The notes below the pieces were generated by a model, which searched no databases, was not told the origin of the DNA, and saw only the letters and a program-made list of their open reading frames with translations. A stretch of 64,000 nt of DNA from Eledone cirrhosa (taxonomy: Eukaryota): contig OZ024748.1 of NCBI GenBank assembly GCA_964016885.1, forward strand, positions 55,056,001 through 55,120,000. The letters run 5' to 3'. Positions 1-12,545 of this stretch are shown in pieces (positions within the stretch are counted from its first letter, which is position 1; every line of letters starts with the position of its first letter). The position numbers were made by a program, and so were the translations under genes.

Positions 1-101
1 AGTTGACCTCATCGGGATTTGAATTGAGTTAGCAGATATTCCAACCGAATACTGCAAGGCATTTTCTCCGACGTTCTAACCACTCTGCCAATTTACCGCC
101 T
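1..101 (-). mobile_element. SINE family A, 5' (tRNA-derived) part, truncated by window edge
   Basis: Diverged match to the gttgacctc..ggatttgaa..gcat..tccgac..ctgccaat..accgcc motif of the full copies at 21863 and 29308. Confidence 0.75.
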
Positions 102-218
102 TAGTCACCTCTTTACCAACTGTTAAATACTTAACTAACTTTATCGCAGCTCGCCTCTTTGAGCGACATGGAATCTCGGGTGATGTATAGGACGACGATA
201 GACATTTAGCATCTAGAA

Positions 219-531
219 CAGGCATGGACAACCTTTTTCGAGAAGCGGGCCGCATGAGACATAGCTCATCAGCTATGAGCATGAGACAGCTCATCAGGCG
301 GGCCACAGGCACTAATTTACATTCGTGCCCACATTAAAAAAAGGGCGGTAACTCAGATTATTTTGATTTTTTTCTTCAGAATTCGTACATGTTGTTTTTC
401 TCGATCGTAAAAATGATGCAAAGATAAATTACGACTAAAGAGTTAAGGTAAAAAAAATCAGAAATATTTCCCTTAGGTGACTTAGGCGAGCCATTCAGAA
501 AGCCTTGCGGACTTCAGGTTGCCCATGACTG
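219..531. mobile_element. hAT (Charlie/Buster-like) MITE
   Basis: Imperfect TIRs caggcatggacaacct / aggttgcccatgactg; 8-bp TSD atctagaa (211-218) / acctagaa (532-539) with central TA. Confidence 0.8.
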
Positions 532-588
532 ACCTAGAATGTGACCAGGCTCTCACTACACTATCCAGTCAATGAAATATCATTTCAC

Positions 589-647
589 CTGGTCAGTACA
601 ATTTCAATGTCATCTGGTCAGTACAATTTCAATGTCATCTGGTCAGT
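589..647. repeat. 25-bp tandem duplication (about 2.4 copies)
   Basis: ctggtcagtacaatttcaatgtcat repeated directly. Confidence 0.9.
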
Positions 648-1221
648 GAAGTATCAATTCATGCATACTACGATGGTATAATTGAGGATATGAGCAATGA
701 TGACCTGGAAACTATTCTGGACAATGCCGAGGATATACTTAGTAGCTTCCCCTGGAAGATTTTTAGGTCTATTATTATAGACAATTTCCAAATGTTTTTG
801 ATATGATAGGTTATAGAACTCATTGACTGTTCAAGTGAACGAATCTCCATGCAGCGTACCATATGATGAAACCACACAGAACGGACACATTCGGTCTCCA
901 TGAATTACTGAATTGTAGATTTATTTCAATAAGCTGTTATCACGCGTGTGGCGGAACCGGCTGTCAACCGAGTCTATCATGTAGATCAAACTAATGCATT
1001 CTTTTGGAATAACAGTATAGGTAGTCTTGTGTCTAGTGTCTACGGGTAAGGAAGTTATATGGCGGTCGAGCTTGAAAGACCTGAGTATAGAACTTTTCTT
1101 CTTAGCACAAGCGCCGCTCTTAAATTCCTTCAAGTACCACTTGAAGAGGAAAACCAAGTTTGATAGGAAGATGCTACTCTCCTAGTAATTGTATAGAATG
1201 GTGGTGAGGATGGTGATAATG

Positions 1222-1558
1222 TGTGACGAAGTAGGACCACATTAACCAACCAACTGTAGGCTAAAGGCGGAATCTGAGAAAAGGCACCGCCTTGGTGTGT
1301 CAGTTTGACCCAGAGTCACGTTTGGTGCGACTCAAATCACTCTATGTGGTTGCTACCCCCCACTAATTTATGGATGCTTATCTTGTTCTTATTCTGTTCA
1401 ATTAATTCTTATCTATGTATTAATGTGTTCTTATATTACCCCCATATCCGATGCTAATCCACCGCAGTTTCTATTAACGGCTTTCTTTGTATTTTCAATT
1501 CCTATTACTTGCTGCCCTTCGGTCTCCAGCGGCCAATAAAATATATTATTACGTTACA
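1222..1558 (+). mobile_element. Probable 3' LTR of an LTR retrotransposon
   Basis: Inverted termini TGTGACG...CGTTACA, AATAAA near the 3' end, purine-rich tract gtggtgaggatggtgataa immediately upstream; no TSD seen. Confidence 0.45.
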
Positions 1559-1974
1559 GCTCTTGAGGCTGTAATTCAAGTCGCAATTTTCAGTTTTACC
1601 ATCAGTTGAAACCCAGAGAGTAGTTGGAACACCATCTTCACCCTCGTTTCCAGAAAAGGCCTATATCAATCAGTAGAAGTATCCTTTGCATTTATGATGA
1701 GCATAAGAAGAGAGAGGAAACACAAAAATGGGATACAGTCGCAAAAACTAGCAACAACAAAATTAACAACACCTAAACCGAAGAGTGAGCTTCGAGATAA
1801 TCTCGGCAAAGTGAGGGAGAAATACCTTTTTTGGGACATCATCATGGTGAATCTAAGCCCTTCGATTTAGAACTGTGATGCAGAGTACGATAAACGATGC
1901 GAGTCTTAGATTCAAGTTTATAAAGTATTTAATCACTCGAATGATAAAGTGACAACAGCATGGTAACTGAGCCG

Positions 1975-2300
<326 letters not shown>

Positions 2301-2896
2301 GGTTGCGTCAGCCAACAACATAACAATTCACTTACATACTTGTGTTAACACCTGATAACGACACAACAGTGCAGGACTCTTTTGTAACGATTGCACAACA
2401 GGTTTATGCTGATTCCACAGAAATACGTATAATCAATAAATATGATTATGAAACTTGTGTCTTAACATTTATTTCACGTATATATACAGAAACTGCGTAA
2501 TTTGGCGACTGCAGCCTGAAAAACTCGGTCTTCCTCAAACTCATATCTAGAGAGAGTTAGGGGTTGGGTATATGGATGATGTCTGAGGTAAGGATTAAGG
2601 GGAATGTCTTAGTCCTAATATAAACATTTAGTTCATGATTGGCTCGGTTTTTACGAATGTGATATTTACGAGTTTGTCCACTAGATGCTTTGTGTATTGT
2701 TGGCTTTGTTTTCCGAGTGTATTATTTACGTATTCGATGATTGCTTGCGTTTGTACTATATGCTCTGTAAGGCATCTGTTGTATTTACATTGAGCTATTT
2801 TTCATACTGGCAATAAGGTGTAAAAAAATAAAAAATACTGACCTTTCCTGTTTATAACTATATATAGTTTATATATAAGTATAAATAATATTATTA

Positions 2897-2937
<41 letters not shown>

Positions 2938-3017
2938 CGAAGGAATTGTGGTAAGGAACTAGATGGACCATAACGCACCAGATTACTCAATACTTAGGGT
3001 AATAGAGTGGGTAATAG

Positions 3018-3133
3018 GAAAAGGTATGACCCCGACTGCAGAGCTGAAGCCGTTTCGACAGCGATTTCTAGACTCAGAAATGTCCAGAAATAGCCGTCGA
3101 AACGGCTTGAGCTCTGCTGTCGGGGTAATACCT

Positions 3134-3137
<4 letters not shown>
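3018..3137. repeat. Imperfect palindrome between (TA)n tracts (PLE pLTR-like)
   Basis: gaaaaggtatgaccccgactgcagagctgaagccgtttcgac pairs with gtcgaaacggcttgagctctgctgtcggggtaataccttttc. Confidence 0.85.
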
Positions 3138-3189
<52 letters not shown>

Positions 3190-3312
3190 TAAGTGTATTT
3201 ATATTTGTGTTAATTAGCGATGGTTAAAAGACTGGTTGGAGCAATAAAGGTCTTAATCCGACTGTAATATGTTTACACAGTACTATCCGAAGTATCGAGT
3301 ATTCTGCTAAAT

Positions 3313-3470
3313 AATTGTTTCTACTTTTGGCACAAGGCCAGCAATTACCCAGTGCATTACTGGTACTTTATTTTATCGACCCCGTAAGGATGAAAGGCAA
3401 AGTTAACATCGATGGGATTTGAACTCAGACCGTAAAGAGACGTAACTATGCTAGAAAGCATGGCATCCAA
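3313..3470 (-). mobile_element. SINE family A copy (5' end decayed)
   Basis: aattgtttctacttttggcacaaggccagcaattacccagtgcattactggtactttattttatcgaccccgtaaggatgaaaggcaaag core. Confidence 0.9.
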
Positions 3471-3869
3471 TTCACCCTTATCAAATTATGTGAAGGGGAG
3501 AGAAAAAAAGGAATTTGTATTGGTATAAAATGCAGGAGAGAAAATGAGATGATGTTGAACATGTTAAGGATATGTGAAAGAAAGAATAATATTATTTACA
3601 AACAAGCTTTTTGAAGTCAAAATAAGGTGATGTGAAACATGTTTTGGTAATGGGAAAGAAAGAATAATATTATTTACAAGCATGGTTTTTTTGAGGATAA
3701 GCAGTTCAAACAATATTATTATGGCAAGATCGCTTAAAGAAGTTCATCCTTGAAGGAGGCAAATGACCGTCCGGGATTGGATGTGTTTTCCCTTTATAGA
3801 GAATTAATATGCAAGGGGAGATAATCAGGGTGGTAGGGTAGGAGAAAGAGAAGAGAGGGCTAATTCATT

Positions 3870-4225
3870 TATATAAGAAAAAGGATTGTTCACTAAGAGC
3901 AATCTTTCTGTATTCCTGTATTTTGATTTGTGATTATATGGACGGTCATACGTTGTCGAAGGCTGTTTTTATCTGTCCTATGTCGTGCTCTCGACAACCT
4001 GAGCAGGTCAAAACATAGATTAGGTTTTCAGATGCACATGTAAAGTTGTATTTAACTGTGAAATGTTGTCCTTGTTTAAAGTGGAATGTTGAACCTTCTA
4101 TTAGATTTATGCATATACCACTGTTGGGCCTGATAAGTGTGTTCTTTAATTCTTCTAGTCGTGTATAGCATGTGTATTTATCTGAAACTATTATTGCGCA
4201 GATCCTTTTCCACATTTTATAATAA
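3870..4225 (-). pseudogene. Penelope-like retroelement remnant: RT thumb plus GIY-YIG endonuclease, internally deleted
   Basis: ORF 3946-4263 gives KRICAIIVSD..RLEELKNTL (thumb-like) joined to FTCASENLIYVLTCSGCREHDIGQ (PLE-type xIY-x3-CxxC-x3-YIGQ motif, with Y to D). Confidence 0.8.
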
Positions 4226-4346
4226 CAATTTTGTAAATTCCATATATATATATATATATACATATATATATGGCATTTACAAAATTGTTATTTAAAACAT
4301 CACTATCCTCACTATCCAGAGGAGCAGAAATAACATTTATTGCATA

Positions 4347-4417
<71 letters not shown>

Positions 4418-4900
4418 TTTGTATGTTTATATGAGTGTTTCAATAATAGCGGTGTTTTTATAAATATGTATTGGTAGCTGAAACTTCAATATTAGTATTA
4501 CATGTAAATAATCAGACACTTTAGAAGCAAACATTTGTTTTTTGTTTTTTTTTTAGTCTCAAGGATAAACAAACCATATTAAACATACATGGTGTATATG
4601 AGGTTTTAATAAAGTTATAAATTCTGTAGCCTTTGTATCTCAGAGAAAATAGTTATAATCTTCTATATTCGCAATAAATTTTACATACATTTCTAGTTTA
4701 TATCTTTTTTGTAAACATACATAAATATTTACTTGCAAGTAATAAAAAACACCACAAAGCTGACCAAATGCTAAATATTTCAGATGCGATTCTTTTATAT
4801 CAAGATCTACCTCGCCCCCAGATAAGTTATTCGGGATTTTATCCGAAATACAGATTGGATGTTATTACATTTTCATGAATCAAAGTTGTTACATAATCTA

Positions 4901-5000
4901 CTGTATATACTCGAATATAAGTCGAGGAATATGGGACTAAAATCACTGATAAAGTTGGTGGTGGGGTGGTGGTGAGGGGTTATATAAGCCATCTAAACAA
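4901..5000. mobile_element. Tc1/mariner (pogo/Tc2-like) MITE end; duplicated at 5161-5250
   Basis: ta|ctgtatatactcgaatataagtcga terminus; a related terminus (gtgcgtcttataagccggcaaatacggta) lies at 47206-47234. Confidence 0.55.
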
Positions 5001-5394
5001 TGTGTAAGCATCCGTGGCTCGGGGATCTGAGAGCCACTTCAGGTAGAGCCGCTACTTCACCGAATTGAGAGATCACAGCACCGATACTAAGGGCATGTGG
5101 TTAGAATGTCTCAGGAAAGAATCGCTGAACAGATTTCAAGGGCAAAACCGGCCGGCGAGGGTATATACTCGAATATAAGTCGAGGAATAATTGACTAAAA
5201 TCACTAATAAAATGGGTGGTTTGGGGTTATATAAGCCATCTAAACAAGGTGTTGATTAGCTGCCTCAGTTTATAAAAGGGGTTTGGATTTTCGTTTATTT
5301 CTCAGGCATAAAATAAGAGAGCAGTTATGGTATATATTTAATTGCCTTATTTTTTTTCCTTAAAAGTTTCTTGTTCATGAGTGGTGGAAGGCAA

Positions 5395-5715
5395 GGTTGT
5401 AAGCAGGCGTAGCTCGGAGATCTGAGAGTGAATTCAGGTAGAGCCGCTACTTCACCGAATTGAGAAATCACAGCTCCGATACTATGGGCATGTGGTTAGA
5501 ATGTCTCAGGAAAGAATAGCTGGACAGATTTCACGGTCAAAACCGACGGGCGGAGGAGTAGACCCCCGAGAAAGGTGGCTGGAAAACATCCATGAGGTTA
5601 GTTGGTCACGTTTGGGGATCCAGGCGGATCAGTTCGACACGGTTGCTTGTGACAGGACGCGCTGAAAAGGACTGTTTGAGGACTCTGCCCCATGACCCTC
5701 TCAGAGATAAGTGAC
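5395..5715 (+). mobile_element. RTE-clade LINE 3' end (Rex3/Expander-like); partial duplicate at about 5010-5160
   Basis: Translates VEPLLHRIEKSQLRYYGHVVRMSQERIA..KPTG..PRERWLENIHEVSWSRLGI..VACDRTR*; followed by a (GAA)-rich tail. Confidence 0.85.
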
Positions 5716-6110
5716 AGAAGAAGAAGAAGAAGAAGAGGAAAAGAAAGAAGAAGAAAAAAGAGGAAAAGAAAGAAGAAAAAAAAGAAGAAAAAGAAGAAGA
5801 AAAAAAAGAAAAAAAAAGAAGAAAAAAAAGAAGAAAAAAAAGAAGAAAAAAAGAAGAAGAAAAAAAGAACAAAAATAAGAAAAAAAAGAAGAAAAAAAAA
5901 GAAAAAAAAGAAGAAAAAAAAGAAAAAAAAAAGAACTAAAAATAAGAAAAAGGAGGAAAAGAAGAAGAAGAAATGTTACTTCTTGATGACTCTGCCCCCA
6001 CGACCGTCTCAGAAATTAGTGAGAGAAGAAGAAGAAGAAGAAGAAGAAGAAAGAAAAAAGAAAAAGAAAAAGAAGAAGAAGAGAAAGAAGAAGAAGAAAA
6101 AGAAGAAATG
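5716..6110. repeat. (GAA)n/poly-A LINE tail with a second copy of the LINE terminus at about 5985-6020
   Basis: Purine-rich tract; gactctgccccca/cgaccgtctcaga repeats the 5682-5705 terminus. Confidence 0.85.
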
Positions 6111-6401
6111 TTACTTGTTGCGTATTTTCATATTTATATTCTTTCCACTTAGATTTCCCCTTCAATTATCATGATATATTTTCTTCTTTATTATCCCCCC
6201 TTCTTTATATATGTGACGGTGTGTGGCTTAGTTTATATATATATATATATACGTACACACACGTATATTGAAAGTTAAGTTTTTTAATATATCCCACATA
6301 CATCCCAATTTTAGAAAATCATGAAACATTTGAAACCGGGGCCAAGTTTGTAAATAATTATAAATAAACCTTCTTAAAGACTCCAATATCATTTTCAACT
6401 T

Positions 6402-6440
<39 letters not shown>

Positions 6441-6447
<7 letters not shown>

Positions 6448-6729
6448 AAAAAAGATGAAATCGAAAATGCAACTGGAGTCTTTTTTTTAAAAATATATAT
6501 TTATTTTCTTCCTTTACCGGTTTCGCAGTTCTTCTGCTTTTCAAAAGTAGAATTGAGATGGACGGTCTGTGGTTTTTCTCACATCTGATGTGAGAAAAAC
6601 CACAGACCTTCCATCTCAATTCTACTTTTGTAAAGCAGAACTGCGAAACCGGTAAAGGAACCAAATAAATATATATTTAAAAAATAAAAGACTCCAGTTG
6701 CATTTTCGATTTCATCTTTTTTCCTTATA
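6441..6729. repeat. About 290-bp near-perfect palindrome abutting (TA)n, with a hammerhead 3' half
   Basis: Centre at 6586 (ctcacatc t gatgtgag); right arm carries cGAAAccggTA (6644-6654) followed by AATAAA. Confidence 0.9.
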
Positions 6730-6784
6730 CTTCCACTCGTGTAGGACACCTCAGTTATTTTCCATTTTGTAAAAAAAACCTCAC

Positions 6785-6850
<66 letters not shown>

Positions 6851-6998
6851 AGGAGTTGACGGACCCAGCATATTTATCAATGCCAGGACCGGTTGTATCT
6901 CAACATACTCAATAGGCAATGTAAGATACATTCCCAGAGTATACACATAGTTATTCGCTTCAATATAACACACGTAAAACGGGTGCCTATAATTGTTT

Positions 6999-7097
6999 CC
7001 GGACTCGAGTTTCGACCACACTTAATGCATTAATGCACCCTCTGTCTGCATATATTTTGCAACAATGCATAATCGGCGTATGTGGCTTCATCAGCGG
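6999..7097 (-). ncRNA. Type I hammerhead ribozyme motif (long stem II)
   Basis: Minus strand: ccg CTGATGA agccaca [about 60 nt] tgtggtc GAAA c tcga GTC cgg; 3-bp stem I, palindromic actcgagt stem III, GUC triplet. Confidence 0.7.
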
Positions 7098-7252
7098 GTA
7101 TGGCCTAATCAATAACCAATCGATCGACAGAATCTAAACCTCAGCCCATGTCGGCTATATATATATATATTGGGTCGTCACGTATGAAATTTGTAGAAGA
7201 AAAACAAATTTCTACAAATGTCATACTTGACGACCGACTGTATATGTATAAA

Positions 7253-7280
7253 CGAGGGTAATCCCAAAAGTAAGGTCTCC
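7253..7280. mobile_element. Mariner-type TIR (single end)
   Basis: cgagggtaatcccaaaagtaaggtctcc resembles mariner TIRs; no partner end found. Confidence 0.5.
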
Positions 7281-7353
7281 AAAGCGATGGGAACGCAGAG
7301 AAACTGTTCGTACGGCTGTAAGCAATACTGTTGTGATTGGTACTTCCACACGT

Positions 7354-7543
7354 ATCGAACTTGACTCTGCATTCGCAAGGTCCTCAGATATGTCTTGCGC
7401 TTTTAAGGCATTTCATCCAATTGAAACAATTCGATCCGTGTCAATTGTTGACGATGAAACGGATTGAATTGTTTCGATCGGATGAAATGCCTTGAAAACG
7501 CAAAACATATCTGAGGACGTTGCGAATGCAGAGTCAGGTCGAT
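7354..7543. repeat. Diverged palindrome (about 190 bp)
   Basis: gactctgcattcgcaa..tcctcagatatg..aaggcatttcatcc pairs with ggatgaaatgcctt..catatctgagga..ttgcgaatgcagagtc. Confidence 0.85.
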
Positions 7544-8184
7544 CCACACACAGATCGCTCCTCTATATATATATATATATATATACGATCCTTAACGAAT
7601 TCTCTTCGGACTTTGGTCTTTGTATTTATTACTACTATATATCTATATATATATATATATATATATATACATGATGGGTTTCTGCAGTTTCTAAAAGATT
7701 TTTTTCAAAAGGTATTAGTTAAGTTGAGGTTATAGTTGAATACAATTACCCACTATGCCAAGCAGCAGGACTGAAACTGTAACCACGTTGTTTAAGGTTC
7801 CTCTTAAACACACAGCTATGACTGAGCTTTTTATTGACATATTTTTATTATCATTGTTGTTGTTATTGAAAATGGATCATTACTATGTCATTGACGTTGT
7901 ATTTCCAACGCCTCCAAAACAACTCATTATTATAAAGTTTTACAGTCCGTTGCAATCAAACAAAGCTATCTTATAATCTCTACAAAATACACAAAGAAAA
8001 CAGCAGCTATTCTAATATGTGTAAGTAGGTGGTGCACACCATCAACTTATACTTGACAATACATTTAAATGTGTAATAAATGATATTACAAATCACACAC
8101 ATTAATAGAAGTATGCATATAAACACTCTCACACACACGCACATATATACTTACATATATATGTATATATATACATATATATTC

Positions 8185-8232
<48 letters not shown>

Positions 8233-8351
8233 TATATATATACATACATATATGCATATAGATATACATAAATGTAAGTATGTATACGTACATACATATA
8301 TGTATACAGACGTACAGTAGTATGTATATATATATATACATACATGCACAC

Positions 8352-8559
8352 AGGGCGACGATGGTTGCCGAACACTGTACGGCTTAATTCGGGCTGTTTG
8401 TTTACAAACAAACCGAACATTATAATAAATGTTCGGTAAACCCATACGTACATATATATGTACGTATGGGTTTACCGAACATTTATTATAATGTTCGGTT
8501 TGTTTGTAAACAAACAGCCCGAATTAAGCCGTACAGTGTTCGGCAACCATCGTCGCCCT
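8352..8559. repeat. Perfect spacer-less 208-bp palindrome; same family as 23889-24417
   Basis: Arms are exact reverse complements around catat|atatg (8455/8456). Confidence 0.93.
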
Positions 8560-9107
8560 TTTGTTCAACACTGACAAGAACCCCTGGCGACAGAGAAATG
8601 TAGAGAGAAGAACTTATGTAAGTTCGGACAATACATGTCTCGTACGCTGGACGAGGGCGTTAACCACTACGCTAAAGAGTTGCTAACAAGATCTAAAGAC
8701 TGTATCTAGTAGTGTGAACAATATTTGACACAAGAATCGTCGTGAATGTTTGAAATATGTACTTATCAAGCGCTTTGGTATATGATTTTGTTTTTCCTTA
8801 TCCCTTTTCAGGTGTGTACGGTAGATCCTTCTCTGTTTTGTTTTTTTACATAGATACATTACCATCTATCTCAACCTCTCTAAGATAATTTCTTCGGGAA
8901 ATGAATTGCTGTCATTTGTTCTTTCTCCTTTCCTTTGAGCTGGCTTAAGTCTAGTCACTCATTTTATTCCAAAGTGTTGCCAAGTGATTGAATGTTACTC
9001 TTGTACTTTTCCTTTTCCTTATTTTTCATTAATTTTTTTTCGTGTTATTTTTGCTTGGTCTAAATTATTATTTCAAACAGTTCTTTTTAATGTTTTCTAA
9101 TTTTCTA

Positions 9108-9160
<53 letters not shown>

Positions 9161-9689
9161 CGTGCGTGCGTGTGCGTGTGCGTGTGCGTGTGCGTGTGTG
9201 TGTGTGTGTGTTGATAGAAATATTAGATCGCCGGGTAAAAGGACATTGAGGGATTTGTTCTGACTTCTGTACAGTGTGAGTTCAAATAACACCGACGTCA
9301 ACTTTGCATTTGATGACTTCGGGATCGATAAAATAAATTACCAGTCCAGTTCTGGAGTTGTTTTAATCGATTTTTCCCTTCCCCCAAATGTGTTGGCCTT
9401 GTTCTTAAATTAAGAATCTATATTTGTTGGCGTCTAATTTCAAAGCCCTAACTCTTCATTCGATTACTTTAGTGATTCTAGTAATATGGTGGTACTTCTT
9501 TCTATGTTTTGTGAGATGGTCCTCTTGCAAATTACTATGTGCCATAAAGACAGGCCTTTCCTCTACACCAAGTTGAAAAACTCTTTAGTGGTAAAACGAA
9601 GCAAAAGAAAATGTTTCTTTGGGTAATGGTGGGGGAAGATATCGTCTTCGTGTGGCACGTGATGTTTCAGGAATAATAATAATAATAAT

Positions 9690-10150
9690 AATTTCTGATT
9701 TGGGCACAAGGCCTGCAATTTGAAACGTAGGAGGACGTCCATCGAATCAAAATCAGTGCATTGTGGGTACAGTATTTTAAGAATCCTGTAACGATGAAAG
9801 GCAAAGCTATCCACGCTGAGATTTGAACTAAGAACGTAATGGGCCGTAACAATATACTGCAAAGCATGTTGTCCGACGTTCTACCGATACTGCCTATCCA
9901 CCACTCTGTCGTGTAATAATAATGATTTTTAATTTAGGCACAACACTTGCATTTAATTTAGGCACAAGACTTGCAATTTAGAGGGGAAAGTCGATAAACC
10001 GAACCAGTAAATGACTGGTACTTTATTCGTTCATTCGTGCAAGGATATAAAAAGCAAAGTTGTTCTAGGCGGGATTTGAACTTAGGACGTAAAGAATTCG
10101 AATAGGAACTAAAAGTAACTTTGTTCAATGCTGTAACGTCTCAGTCAATT
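9690..10150 (-). mobile_element. Two tandem, diverged SINE family A copies (another + copy at about 9240-9420)
   Basis: ggcacaag..gcaattt..gatgaaaggcaaag..gatttgaact..gcat..tccgac motif twice. Confidence 0.75.
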
Positions 10151-12339
10151 TCAACAAAATGATGCCCTTTATTACTTGGTGCAAGAACATTATGTAGGTG
10201 TAACCCAAATTCAAACAAAATATTGTAATCTTTACATTCAACTTAAGTTAGATCAAACGTAATTACTTCACCATTTTAATATCCATTAAATGTAAAATAC
10301 ATTAGCAATAAAACATGTCATATTAATAGACAATGAGAACAATGAAAACACACCAACAGAATTTTATACCTTATAGCAATAGAGCTGGTCCGCCTTGTTT
10401 AACCCTTATACGTGTGACGTAACTTTCCACACCTTCAAAGTTTCTTTTATTTTTCATTTTGCTGTTTGTTGTTAAATCGACTCTGATCAAGCAAGTCAAT
10501 GATCAAAAAAACATTCCAGATGTGACTAATATTTATTTTTTTTATTTGTATTCATCACATGCAGTGTGTCTCGAATCACATTGTCTTCTGTGTCCTTTTT
10601 CAGATAGTAATGTATGAATTTATAAATGTAAGTCTGTTTACTATATCTAGCAAGTCCACCGACAACATAGAGGCTTTTTTTTGCCTGAGTATTGTCATAT
10701 TTATGTGAGAGATGTAGGCTTCTTCTTTCTGTCTTTGGTTATTTTCACTTCCTCACTTAATAAACGTTGGTCTATATTCGCAGAAAGGTTAACCCTATGA
10801 TTGATTCATTTTCCACTAATGCCTGGAACAGAAGTGATAATAAAAACAATGGAAGTGGTGTAGGGTCTTTAGAATAAGACCCTATTTTATAACTGTAAGC
10901 CATCGAACCACTGAACACTCAAATATAGCGGTGAACTATGTCAAATTTAATTCGATGATCTGAGCCGTACAATTACCAGTGTCTTAAGCTATTGATATAA
11001 GGTATATATACAAACTGCTAGTTAGTTGGTTGTTCTCTATTCGTTAGTTGATTCTTCTTCTTGAGTCGGTTGGTTTGGGTGTTGTAAAATGAGAGACGTT
11101 CAGTTTTTCACAGATGAGGTCAGATAGTATGTTAAGAATATTAATGATTTGACAGGCTTTGTAGTAGAAAGCATGTAATTGTTTGACTTTTGTCACCCGG
11201 GGCTTTCATTTCTATCGAGAGACCGTGGAGTTGTATATAGAATGCAACACTTGAAGGCGCCGGCTTCGACAAGGTTATTTTATATGGAATAACAGCTGTT
11301 GCCCTTGCATGCAAGAATATATGAGGATGCATGATTACCAAATTAAAGAGTTTGGCTTTTACGCCTACCCCCTTCTTCTGATTGCTGAAGCTGGCGCATC
11401 ACTGCGCCAGCTCCAGGAACGCGGCCATATGCCTTTTGACGTCCAAACGAGTATCCTCCACTTCCAATAACTTACTCTCCACCACTTTGTTCCGGTCGAC
11501 AGGATGGAGAATACATTGCTCCGGAGGACGGTGAGGAGAAATGCGCTGGAACAGCCACTCCACCTCGTGGGTCTCGCACCTGAGGGACGCCAACTCCGCT
11601 CCAATAGCAATGAGCAGGGATGTAGCCCAAGGACCAAAGCGCCACAATTCTGCACTGCTACATCCTCTAATTATTCAGAATTTGTTTCGTACATTATATT
11701 TACAAAAAAAAACATATTTTACAACAAAACATTGGTGGGTATATACTTCTTGCATGTCCTTATATAATTAAACGAAGCATTCACATACTAATATGCGTGC
11801 ATATACATATATATATACATGTATGTACGTATAAATATATAAATATATAAATATGCACACAGTAAAATCATACAGTCTTAAGCAGCTTACTTTATTATGA
11901 GAACAAAAGAGACCAGAGAAAATAGTCAACATGTGTTGCTGATATTTATTTATTTATTACTAAGATGACCTAGAAAATAAGAAAAGAATTTCAACAATAG
12001 AATTTAAAATAACGAACAAAAGATATCCAAAAACATAATCAATTAAATTGAAAAAGAAATTACACACACATATGCACACGAATATATATACTTCTTCGCC
12101 CACTTATTCCAGGGTGGTTCTTAGGGAAAGAGACCTTTGACACACCTTCATGAGTGTATATTCACACACACATACACACACTCACACACACACATATGTG
12201 TGTATCTTATGGTAGCTAAGATGCGTCCATAGGTGGTATGCCGGCTGAGCACTCTATGCTCCTACGGAGCAGAGTATGATGGAAAACGAAAAACCAGTGA
12301 TGCACCGGAACTCAATTTATTGCGTATTACAATTGTTTC

Positions 12340-12545
12340 CCCGGCGAACAGATCGTCGGAGAGCTTACATTTCTGCATAAAGTTACGGCTCTTTACGTTC
12401 TGAGTACTAATACCGCGAAGGTGAGCTTTTCCTTTCATCCTTACGGGGTCGATAACATAAAGTACCAGTAATGTAGTGGTGTCGATTTCAATGACTTTCC
12501 CCAACCCTTCGAATTACTGGCTTTGTGCATGAAGTAGAAACAATT
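12340..12545 (+). mobile_element. SINE family A copy
   Basis: ctttcatccttacggggtcgataa..aagtaccagt core. Confidence 0.85.

Noticed and set aside
2490-2790. Second PLE endonuclease end plus hammerhead on - strand
   Set aside because: Only faint resemblance (RCLTEH..; ttgagga core); too decayed to support
5606-6174. Lys/Arg-rich and Phe/Ser-rich ORFs
   Set aside because: Translation of a (GAA)n/poly-A LINE tail
7505-7540. Hammerhead in the 7354 palindrome (ctgagga..gcgaatgcagagtc)
   Set aside because: No GAAA and no convincing stems
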